This document shows positions 47,943 to 61,755 of a stretch of 64,000 nucleotides of DNA, piece by piece (position 1 is the first letter of the stretch; every line of letters begins with the position of its first letter). Source of the stretch: Xylographa opegraphella. Taxonomy: Eukaryota. Under the pieces are notes generated by a model. It was not told where the DNA came from and searched no databases. It was given only the letters and a program-made list of their open reading frames with translations. The stretch covers positions 124,001 through 188,000 of the forward strand of contig JALDZX010000027.1 of the NCBI GenBank assembly GCA_022813865.1, given 5' to 3'. A program made the translations under genes and the position numbers.

Positions 47943-50015
47943 TCAGTCGTCGTATATCTTGACCTTCTCTGCATACTCGCGGATATTAGACATAAAGTTC
48001 TCCTCGATCTGGTCGCCTTTGCCGCCTGCGACGCGGAGGACAAGATCGTTGAGCGAAGACCTGCCGAGGATGTCGACGTGGTCACCTAGTGCTGCGTCAA
48101 TAGCTGTTTTTGAAATCAAGTATTGGGAGCCATGCCTGTATTTGGGCCGCCCCGGGGTGAGAACCGGTCAGGTTCGTGGGGCATCTCGTAAGTTTTGATC
48201 TGAACTCCCGCGGGATTGTACCTCTTCATCTGCCAGCCCTTTGCGCACATGTATCCAGTGCTTAGCAGTGATACTGTGCCATCGCCTTCGGCGAGGACGA
48301 CGCCACGATCGACCTCTCCTTTGCTGAATCCTGTGTCTATGGTCACATTCAGTGCCGACGTCTGTGGTTCCTCGCGGTAGTAGTAGCTCCGCTCCGTTGC
48401 TTTGCCAATTCCATAAAAGCAATAGATCTTCAGGTGAGGAGCAAGTGGTAGTCGCGTCTCAAGCGGATTTATCCATTTCCTAGGATCCTTTAGGTTATCT
48501 TCAACCTCGGTAGTGGTGTGAGCAACTCCATGAGAATAGCTATTGTGAATTTGATCTTGATACCAAGAATCGCTGTTAGTAAGGAGATACTTGAGACTTT
48601 CCTCGACTGTTAGATTTCCAGGGGACTGCGTTGAGTTACTTTCTTTGAAATTGATGAAGGTGCCGAAGCTGAATGCCTGACCAGGCAAGTCATCTGGGGC
48701 CCATGTCTTGTTGCCCCATACCGCATTACCACCTATTGGTAGCATACTGGAGATACCGGGCATAGCTCTGAATATTTCCGCACGTTCTTCTCGAGCTAGA
48801 AACTTCTCCAATCCATAGACAGCGAACGCGTTCAATTGGGCGGTGTCCTTCATTTCTCCGGATAGCACGGCCGGGTAACCTTTGAGAGCCCCGAGCATAC
48901 AGCCACTAATATTGATCCATGAGTCGACATGTTTGTCAACCCAATCTGGTCCGCCATTTCCATGTCCTTCGGCTTCGACCCACTGAAAGAAGAAATATAA
49001 GACCTGTGATCCCATACTGTGGGAAACAAGGACGACCTTGGTATCGGAAGTCGCTAGGGCAAGTTCAATGTATGATTTGAGCCGAGTAAAATACCTATCT
49101 CGCTTTTCGAGGTTTATGTACGATAAACGCCAGTCATATGCAGCCGTGAAGGAGTTCAACTTCAGGTCGTGAGTGTCTTCCCAACAACATGTAATTCGGA
49201 CACGTACAGGATCATACCCTATGGTGGCAAGGTTCTCTAGTATCTTATTCCATATCCAATAACCAGTAATGAAGCTGCGTGTGGTATTAGAGAAAGTAAG
49301 GATAGCTAGCCGAGAAGCTCACAAGTCGGCTGCATCAAACCCCTGCGCGGCACGAAGCTTGATGTGCGGAGGATCCAGCCCCGTAACTTTATCAAGCATT
49401 ACATGTCTCTTCCAGCTTGCTTTATCCATTATTAGGGCCCTCATCATGCTCCAGCTGCCCCATAGCCTCTTCCTAAAGTATTGTCTTGAACCAGGTTCGG
49501 TACCCCAACTCTCTAGGCCAGTAGAGATGACGCCAGGAACCATGATGACTGGATGCAGTGCCCTGACACCTTGTGACTGGAGGTGAAGACCGACCGAGAA
49601 TGAATCGTAATTTGTGGCATCACGCTCATGTCGCTACTCCAATACTTCCCGTTAGTGTCAAGATTTCAAGGGAAGTCCTGCAATATTCTAGGCCTACTTG
49701 GAGGTCCTTTGCTTCCTTCACTATCCCGGATGGTATAATATCAAGCAAGCTTTCATAGAAATTCATGTCTATCAGCCCATTAAGATTAACCACATCTTGC
49801 TGGTTGGCGAAATAGGCCGCAACAAAAAGCCCAAACAGTCCACCGAAAGCGAAAATCAGGACATTGCGCCGCTTGCTTCTTTTATGGGTCTTGAGGGTAA
49901 GGTTCCTGAGTTTCGAGAGCGGCACCAGGCGGACTTCCTCATCTTTCTCAGGTGTGACATCGCGCGAAGGCTCTGCCGACGACTCCCCAAGGAAGCGACG
50001 TCTCAACGAGGACAT
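47943..50015 (-). CDS. LRO1: Phospholipid:diacylglycerol acyltransferase (PDAT, LCAT family), 5 exons
   Basis: N-terminal TM segment, HPVIMVPGVISTGLESW, GYWIWNKILENL, AAYDWRL, SHSMG, EGDGTV, DHVDILG. Confidence 0.95.
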
Positions 50016-51054
50016 TACAATCTGATATGTAGCCCATGGGAGCGGCCGTCCAGCGAAAATGTTTTTGAAAGCCGACCTCACATGCGAGCTTGTGACGTAT
50101 CGGGGCTAAATAGCTACTAGGCACATTCTTACCTAGCGTGTCACGGATTGCTGGAGGGCATCGCGTGAGGTCAATCAGATTCCGACTGATCTGTTCGATA
50201 ACCATGGAAATAATGGATATTATCGAGATCACGAGCATGCTCCGGCGATATGATTATGATTTGTCCGAATATATACATTGAATCTACAGACTGCTCAGCT
50301 GCTTCTGTCGGCATAAAAACTGCCTGTTATAATTAAACGATAAAGACCCCCAATTATCTTCACCTTTGGTTCCAATTATCCAAGAAAAGTAAAGCTGACA
50401 GAAAGTCTTGCTTCAAGCGGCGGCAATGATAAGCTTCGAGCTTTGTCGACTGGTCCTACTTCCGCTCGAATTGCCTTCTCGATGAGTGTTTCCAATGTCC
50501 TCGAGTCCACTGCAGCCCAGTACTTTGCTCTCGGCTCCAATACTACATAGTCAGCTCTATTGAACCTTGGCCGGCAGTATAGTATTCAGGAACTTTTGCA
50601 TCAACCTTCCTTCCAGGCTTCTAACGGAAAAGTGGCTACCAGTCGACAGATATGGGGTCCTGAAACCAGAAGTGACCTATTTGCAAGCAGATATATATCA
50701 CAAGTGAAGGCATGATAATCTTGCTCATCATAGCCGTCTAATCTGTGAAGGCAATCGACCCACTTTTGCCGGAGTTCCAAGGACCCTCAATCACTGATCG
50801 GGTTGCAAGTGTCAATCTGTGTCTGTCATCCAAATTGTCCCGGCGTATGGCACTGGTGCTACCCCTCCCGGGTTCGGCCGCTGATTCTTGGGCCATGAGT
50901 ATTTCGATAGTAACGAGGCCTTTAATCTTCATAGACAATACTGTTGCCCAATAATCCTTCTTGGGGGCCCTGCCTAAAATTGCTGAAGTGTTGCCACAGC
51001 TCATGCGCCCGAGCGAAATCCTTGGTCCAATGAATCACAGCCTTGTGTATAGAC

Positions 51055-52171
51055 TCAGAATTGGTAGGATCTTATTGATCCACGGATAACGGCAGGATCA
51101 AAATCGGATTGCGAAGGTGATCTACGTATCTTCGCTGGTAAGCTGGATATTGCTCTTGAAGGAGGCTTTTCTCGTAGCACGGCTGGTGCCATCGTTGATC
51201 GTGGAGTGACCCCATTTGGAAGCTCATAGATGAATTGCGCTCCTGGGAGCTCTTGAACGTTGAGGGGCATAGGTGGCGATATGGGCATTTTCTGATAGGC
51301 TCGTCGTTTCTCCGAGGATATCCATGGAAGTGGGGATCCGTTGCCGGATAATGTCCATGGACCTTTCCATCGACATTTTTGTCCAGCTGCTTTTCTCTTC
51401 TTGTAAATTGAGCGTAGGGACCATCCCGCAGCGATTCCAAGCGCTATAAAGAGGGGAATCCCAACACCAAGACCAACGCCAATGCCTATCTTTGTGGTGG
51501 AGCCTAAACCATTATCACCACTATAATCATTATTCCCGTTGAAGTTATGGTGGCCTCCGCCATAAGAATTCGAGGCCGATGATACAGGTCCCGTGGAAGT
51601 CGTCGATGTCGGAGCTGTATTGGAAGCTACCATAGCACTCGACGCTGTGACCGCAGCTGGCGTAACCATGTCAGGAACCGTTGTCCCTGTGGCCATCGCG
51701 GATGACCCAGGAGCAGCGGATGAAAATGTGCCAGGAGATGCAACAATTGAAGCATCACTTAGATTGAAATAGTGGGAGCTGAACGAATCATGTGTTCCTG
51801 GATCATAGATAGACAGAGAAAACACGTTCCCGTTTGAAGTATTTTGGCTCGTCGAGACTATCCAGTCGTAGTTGTTCATGTTCGTAACATTGGCTACCAT
51901 TCCCGCATTAGATTCAGAATATACACAGAGCAAGAGAAACCTTACGCAGAAGAAACTCGTAATTCCGGTTACCAACTTGGGTCAGAACCAATGATATTCG
52001 GTCCCAAGTCACAGACCACCGAAGCTGAACCGTCGATCCGACTTGGTAGGTGGGGTTCTGGCTGTAATCGGAGGCCATGCCCGGAGGGAACGGGTTATAG
52101 AAATTGCCATCGGTCTGAGCTGCACTGTGACTCGTCCAGACGAGAAGAATAAGCAGCAAAAACACGTTCAT
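51055..52171 (-). CDS. Type I cell-surface membrane protein (signal peptide, extracellular domain, Ser/Thr stalk, single TM; Mid2-like architecture), 2 exons
   Basis: Signal-like MNVFLLLILLVWTSHSAAQ, YQVGSTVQLRW...FSSHYFNLS, S/T-rich stretch, TM KIGIGVGLGVGIPLFIALGIAAGW followed by KKRK, cytoplasmic QELP/YELP. Confidence 0.8.
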
Positions 52172-53179
52172 TGGAGAAGCGGGCTGTTCCTGGACCGTTA
52201 TGCTCGAAGAGCAGTGGACGTAGAGAGAGAACTTGACAGGCAGAGAATGAGACCTTCAATCAAGAAAAAACGTGAAGACATCCGATAAAGCATGAAGCAT
52301 GCGTGTGGTACAGCCATCAATGATCGCGGCCCGCGCCCAGGCCTGCAGCTCGACAACGCATGACGACGAGCAGGCCAGACTGGTTTCAGATATCAAACCG
52401 ACGATACGCGGCGTCGACCACGAACTGATTCATCGAGAGTCCATCATTATCTGAGTCGTCGAATCATATCAACGGCATTCGTAAGACCCACGGCAGCCAA
52501 GCATTTGTGCATCTGGTCGTCTTCATGGAAGAAAGGGGCCAGACGGCTCGCTTCTGTCGCAGCCATGTCTTATCCGCAATCACCGCACACCGACGTACGT
52601 TAGCTAACGGCTTGCCCAGAATATGCTGATCCGTCGGCGAACACGGGCGGTCGGCTCGTTGAAGTGGATCGTCAGGATTCGAGACGCCAAGTGAATAAAT
52701 CCTGCGTTAAGGAGGTGCTTAGGATCACTGCTTCATGCTGTTGCCAGCCTTGGTGTTGTATCAGGAAGTAGTTCTCTGGAACTTGATCTCGCAAGCTCGA
52801 ATTAACTAGGTAGACTACCTTAAGTTAGTAACAGGTGGGGCAGGCTGCTGTGGTGATCACTCGGAGTGCCTATTTTAGGGGCGCGAACACGAAAACTGCC
52901 CCAAGTGAAAGTGAATGAATGATAAGGTATGCTTGGTATGCTTGATTGATATATCTCCTCCCGAGGTTGTATACAATTCAGCGCAATAGATCTATTGCTT
53001 GATATTCTGTGGGCATTGTGGCGGCATCTGTGAAGGCAATACTGTACCATTTGGGCGCTGTCTCCATATTCTTATTATCAACCCTCTATTTTTACATCGT
53101 ATTGGTGCCCCAGTCCGGGGGTGGATTGAATTCCCGGGTTTTGTATCATAAGTTGAATGAACATCATTCGAACTCAAGC

Positions 53180-54673
<1,494 letters not shown>

Positions 54674-55498
54674 CAAGCAGTTGATAGTGAGTTTGCAAGG
54701 ACTTCTTTGTATACCAATGCCTGACAGGTTCCTGGCTCAAGTTTGATCATTGGGCATTGCCTTGAATCAGAACAGTGCCAATAGCACAATATTACCGTGT
54801 CTTCCACCAAACAAGTCTTAGACCCTGTTCCAAGTCGCTGCACGACCTTCTTGATCTCAGAATGGCCCGTGAGCAGCTATGCGAGCAGTATACTATGCTT
54901 CATATTGGTCTCGCAGCCAAAATCAATAAACCTACCGGACTCACACAGAAATGATACTCGAGATCTGAGGATGCAGTGTTCCGATACGGTGATCGAAGTC
55001 GTAGGCAAACACTCTTCCGCAGGATGTTTTGTGCCAATGCGAGTCCGACATAAGGCGCGATTGCTTCGGCAGTGGCACACTTCATGTGAAAGGTTTCTGG
55101 GAGGGAATAGAATTGCGTGCTGTGCCTATTGAGTCGAGACATTTTCCGTGTTGCTGATTCACGGAACAAGCGCCCTTCCGATATAGCTCGTGGGATGGCC
55201 GCACAGTCCTTTCGAGGGTCTCGCTCGAAGGATTGTATCAATTTGCGTGGTTGTCAAATGTTATATGGAAATTACATGGTTGGATGTGTTGTGTGTTTCA
55301 GATCCAGTTGATCATCCAGGTTAGAATGCAGACATCATCACAAAATCCTGATACAATGAACAGGTGATGCAATATGGATTGAGATCAATCTAATGAATAT
55401 GCACAACATAGCTCTGGAAAGTTCGGTCTGCTATCTGCATGATCTACTAGACAGTGCTATGTATTTCTTGAATTTATCATCATAGCTCAACCTCCCTA

Positions 55499-56104
<606 letters not shown>

Positions 56105-56856
56105 TCAGCATTCCATCGTAAAGAACGGTGTCGCAGCATATGCAAAGTAGGAAGTCGGAGTCCAGAGATTGTATTAGAGAGACCTACCTACTCAGCAAGT
56201 GAGATCCTCAGCTGCTACAGACTCATGAATGTTAGTCGGATTGCCCAGGCTCTAAATAGGTGTTATTTCACTTACTCTTTGGCTGCTGGATCTCGAGACT
56301 GTACACTTGAACTTGATTGTGTGTGTGACGACTCGCTTAATGCTAGCGCAGAAGTATACCGGATCAGCTTTAGTCCGGCGTTGCTCTGGCGTCGACGACA
56401 ACAAATGCCTTGGAATCCATTTAGCCCGGACTATATCAACTTTTAACACAATCAACCACATCTCATAACACCACCTCTTCCCATCAAAACCCTACGCAAA
56501 GCTTAGGTTAGATAACACTATATCAAGAGCTTTATTTGATTGCCGAAATCTAAGCTACATCTGTTATACCGGCAATCCATCAGGAGCTTCGACTCTCGGA
56601 GAGCTTCTGCCAGGAGTAGATCCTCCATCGCCGCGAGACATCAAATTCACCAAAATTATCATTGAATTGGAAATTGACTGAGTAAAACTTAAGAAACAAA
56701 TTTTGCCCGGCCGAACGGCTGCGCTGCGTGAGGTAAACAAATAACCAGACACCGCACAAGTGTTAGCGAAAGCTGAATCTTCTGAACAGTCTCGAACCAC
56801 GAAGGATATTCCCTCAGGCCTTCGACAATCCGTTTTCGAACTCGACTTGTATAACG

Positions 56857-59251
56857 ATGCTGTCCAATCATACCCCCGAGCTATACACCCAACACCGACG
56901 GACCAATTCGACACCAACACCTCGACATGTCGTCCCGAAGACATCCATTCCTTCTGCAGATCCAGCACCACAAAAGGGAAGCTATCGTAGGGGTCTAACC
57001 CTAGACCAATCGATACTTGGCCTAGCCCCCACTCCGCAGGATAATGGACCAGTATATACTAACCAAGGACCACAAGCACAGTACACTATACGAGAAACGC
57101 AGCAGCACGCAATGGCTCGACCGGGCCAACATACAATTCAGAATCCACATAATACAATAGAAAAGGGATACTGCCAATACTTGACTCTATCCCCAATGAC
57201 GACACAAGGTTTAGATCAGAGTACGTTTGAGACGAGCTCAGATTCCACCTACCAAATTCAAGTAAAAAACCAACACCATCCTCAACACCGGCAAAATCAG
57301 AATATGTTTTCAGAAGTAGAGGAGGTTGCATCGCTAAGAGACTTAGAAGGTCTTGATGACGGGACCAAAAAGCATATCAGAGACGTAGAAAGCAACTTGT
57401 CGAAGCCGACATTATCTTCGGACAACATGCCGGTGTGTCAATCGCTGGTGAGTATATCTGATGACATACAAAGACCATCCACGCCTCCATCTCAAAGTAA
57501 CACCAGTAAGTTTGATGCATAGTGTCCTAATACATGACGACTGACTTCGTGCAGATTACTATCCACTCACACCTTCCACGACACCATTCACATCGCGGAT
57601 AGGGACGCAGAATACTTCCACCAGCCGTACAGCACAATCCTCTCCTGTCCGTCGTGGCCCTACTGGAACGATCAAAGCTCCACGAGCACTGTCAATGATG
57701 AGAGGATCGTCGCATCAAGGTGTTTTTGACACCAAATATTCAATCAGCGCTCAAAAGATGACTTCACCTCCACACACCGTCCAGTTACCATATGCAAGCA
57801 CCTTCGATGTCGCCCCTATACCTTCGCCAAGCTTCATGAGTATGTCCGCACTGAACATGGAATTTAGCAGGAGCGACACCAGCTACGACTCGTCTTATTA
57901 CTCACCAAAATCACATCGAGTCTCTCCTGGCTTGTCATCGTTTCAGTCTTCGCCCGAACTTGCACACCTTGATTTATTTCCCGAGCTCGATGACAGGAAC
58001 CAAAGCACTGCCAAGACGGAGCCAATACCCCAAATACCGAATATACATACCATTGGAATGAACAATGACTTTTCTTTCGATATCAGAGAGGAACACTCGT
58101 CGAGAACACAATCAATGTCGGATCCATCTAGCCAATCAATCGATGGTACGATGGTAGATACGGGAATAACTTCGGAAGAGATTGCGTCTTTCATCCAAGG
58201 TCCTGACGGACAAAGCAAGTATGCTTGCATGTTCCCTAGATGCACCAAGAAGTTTGGCAGGAAAGAGAATGTCAGAGCCCATGTACAAACCCACTTAGGA
58301 GACAGGCAATATGTGTGCAACCATTGCTACAAGCCATTCGTCCGCCAGCATGATCTGAAACGGCATGTAAGGATTCACAGCGGAGAAAAGGGGCACCCAT
58401 GTCCTTGTGGCACAGAATTTGGGAGAGAAGATGCACTTACACGACACCGACAACGTGGAATGTGTTCTGGTGCATTTCCAGGAACACCAAAGAGAGAGTC
58501 TAAGCGTGGGAGGCCAAGAAAGAACAACCGACCGGATACACCAGAACGTCGCGAGAAAGCCGCTCGAACCAGACAACGTGTTCTCGAAAAGAAAGCATAT
58601 GCATCGTCTTTGTCAGGGTCATCGGAATCCTCTTTACCAAGTCCGCCACAACTATATGGAGATATAGACATGCGCGACATGAGCCCGTTCGACAATCTCC
58701 CTGAGATTCAGCCAACATCTTACGCCGTCGCTCCAGATATATTTTCTTACACCCCCCCTGAATCGCCTAGTAATAGTACTGGCAACTGTTTCTCACCACA
58801 GCAATCCCAACTTTCACATACTCCGAAGGCTGGCACAAGCAGCCCTCCCTCAAAGCGAAGCAGATCCATAATAAGTATTGTGGAAGAAGCATTAGAATTG
58901 CCACTGCCCGTTTCACCAGCCAAGAGCGCTTTCAGTCAATACGGTACACCGCCGGAACTCGAGCTATCTTCGTCTTCGCCGATTGCAACTAAATTCTTTG
59001 CTTTCGATGAAGCATCAGAATCCGGCGACTTCTTAACCAAGACAACAAGCCTATCCAAAGGCGAAGACGGAGAAGACTTCGACTTGTCCAAACTGCAGCA
59101 GTACCAAACCACCTTTGAGGAGGCTTTTGAGCCGAATAGTATAGGGAGTCCGTTGTCGCATGACCTGTTCCAAGCCACATGGGGGCTGGATGACTTCGTA
59201 ACAGGAAAGATCACGTGGGAAGATGACTTTACCTTCGGAGACCATCTATGA
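56857..59251 (+). CDS. ACE2: C2H2 zinc-finger transcription factor, Ace2/Swi5 family, 2 exons
   Basis: QHRRTNSTP N-terminus; DTGITSEEIASFIQGP; CMFPRCTKKFGRKENVRAHVQTHLGDRQYVCNHCYKPFVRQHDLKRHVRIH; CPCGTEFGREDALTRHRQRGMC; KRGRPRK. Confidence 0.88.
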
Positions 59252-60508
59252 CGTTTTGAAGAAAGAATGCTGCTGTCTTATTAATCTGGACCCGATGCAC
59301 TTGGTTTTATGCTGGTTGATGAAGGAGGGTGACGATCTGGAATGATGGACGCGGAGTATTCCAACTTTGAATTTTGAGCGCTCTGATTGATCTCTACACA
59401 TTCGTTTAACCTCGTCATCGATCTGCTACATAGACGATCGAGTAACTCTTTGCAATCTGAACATTGTGGTTACGAACATAGAAAAAATGTTTGCAACTTC
59501 CTCAATTACCCTCTCGCAGTGTAGACTGTAGTAATCATTTGACATGAAAACTTTGTGAAATTTGATAAAACGTCGCTCATATTTACTTTCTTCTGGTCGG
59601 TATGTAATTGACCTCCTTTATCTTTAGCCCCTACCAAGCCGTGCGGCGCCTTTGTGGTGTTATAGAGCCCAAGTACAAACCACTCCAAGCCTCCTTCCGG
59701 TATGCCAATCTTGACTATGGTACTTAGCGATCAGCAAGCAGCTAATGAGGTCCTTGTGCTCATTTTGTACACTCTGTGTACTGGCTGCACCGCACCTACG
59801 AAGTTCACCGAGCCGAGCCCATTCCAACATTAAGTTGACCATTGCTCGGTCGGCAGCCATTCAGTATGACCGTATGACTAGGCGTGATATGTTCTCTGCT
59901 CTCTGGTTTCGCCTGTAGTTGCTGTGCTCAATTTATGCCATCGCCGTGGGACTCAAGTTTGTATGTTGAAGCGTGAAGAATCCGGACATGCTTCCAAAAC
60001 TTCCACATCGCGGTCAGTCTGTGCTTTAGTTTGCTGTCTCACTCCAAAGTCCCAAACTGCTTTCCTCCGACGATAGCTCATAGTTTCCAGTTCCAGAGAA
60101 TCGAGAGGCCATTCCGTTGTCCTATCCCGTGCAAGACTAACGTGTATTCTATGTTGAGGTCTTTCGCTCAACCATCAGGTGGCGATAGGTTTAACCTGAC
60201 TACCATCGTCCCAGTGGAATAGTTACCAAAGAATAGCTGCATGCTCAAGAAGAGAGCAAAGTATTCTCGTATCACTCCTAAGAATGCTTCTTGAAGCGGC
60301 GAGCATCTGCGGCTGAGGCCGTTCGAGTGGGAAACTGTATAAGGGTCATTCGACCAGTTTTTGGGACGTAGCTGGTTTGGCTTTCTGGGAGAGTGGTCGG
60401 TTTGTTTAACATATTGATGAACCGAGGTTACCGCAATCCTCGCCCAAAGACTATACAAGCCCGAATATGTTGTTTTGAGAGCGAAGTGACAATCTCGGGA
60501 TTCTTATC

Positions 60509-61289
60509 TTAGGATAGTACAGCGGCATTTTCTGTCCCAAGATTCTGATCCTTCGTTTCCAGCTTGTTTAAAAAGTTCTTTGGCGGAGTTGTCTGAATCT
60601 CTATCGTCACCTAGATGTTGCGAAGAATCAGCTTGGAAGTGTTGAAGACTAATATAATGTTGAAGTTCGGAATTTACCACGCCATCGTGACTATGATATT
60701 CTACACCTACCGGGCCATCATTGACTAACCCGACTTCCATCATTGCTTGAAAGACTCCATTTTTGACCATTTCGGGATCATAAAGGTCTTGGACTTTTGC
60801 ATAGAAGTAGTCATAGAGTTCTTTAGCCTTCTCTCCTCCCGCGGCTCCATGAAAGTCTGGCTTATTCCCCTTCTTAGTCGACGCAGCTAAAGTGAATTGT
60901 GAAACTGCAATCATATTAGATTGATCCGATATGCCCTGCTTGGAGCTTGGAATCGCACCACATAGAACTTCGGCCTTAATATCAAGCACGCTCTGCTTCC
61001 ACTGATGGGTTAAGTTAGGACAGAATCGAAACTCCAAGAACAGAATGATGTACGGTACCACCCGTATCATCGGGCCACAATTTCAGTTTCAATACTTTGG
61101 AGGCCATTGCTTCAACCTCTTGCCGCGTGTCATCACGTTCGACTGCGGCAAATACTAAGATGCCACGACCGATGGAGGAAATGAGCTGCTTGTCAATAGT
61201 GACTGACGCTGACAAAACTCTTTGAAGTACCGCTGATAATTGGTTAACAAAAGTATCACCAAGCAAGAAAAGGCCATGAAACCTTTCAT
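60509..61289 (-). CDS. DTD1: D-aminoacyl-tRNA deacylase, 5 exons
   Basis: MK|AVLQRVLSASV, IGRGILVFAAV, KVLKLKLW, WKQSVLDI, VSQFTL, KGNKPDFH, GVFQAMMEVGLVNDGP|VTIEI. Confidence 0.95.
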
Positions 61290-61755
61290 TCTGATGGCTA
61301 GTCTATCCTAATGTCAAATACCGACTTTGGGCCAGAAGGAGAACCTGCACCTCTAATTATAATCAAGGTGCTATTGCCAAAGCATAAAGTTACCTACCAG
61401 ATCCTTTTTCATAGCACAGTGCGTTTTCCCCAAAGTGGCGCTGTTTTAGCGTTTCCGCGAATCGTGGAGTATTCTACTGTAAGGTAAAATATCGCGAAGT
61501 TTAATCGCGAACTCTGATAAGGCTTAGCGAGAGACAGCCATCACAAGGCTCGAACTCAGTGACCGTAACGGTACAGGTCAAATGTGCTATGCCACAGCGT
61601 TCACATAGAATTCTTTCGCATCGAGGCTGCTTAGGCCCAGGGCTCAACAAGAGGACAGTAACGGGAACTGTATACCATACCTCTGAGACATTGCTGTATC
61701 CCAAGCTCGCACACATTACAACTACGCTTTGCCAGTCATCTGGCTGCCGGACATT

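Noticed and set aside
61535..61600. tRNA-like sequence on the minus strand (GAGTTCGAGCC) in the DTD1/NOT3 promoter
   Set aside because: The T-stem pairs poorly, there is no D-loop GG and no 7-bp acceptor stem.
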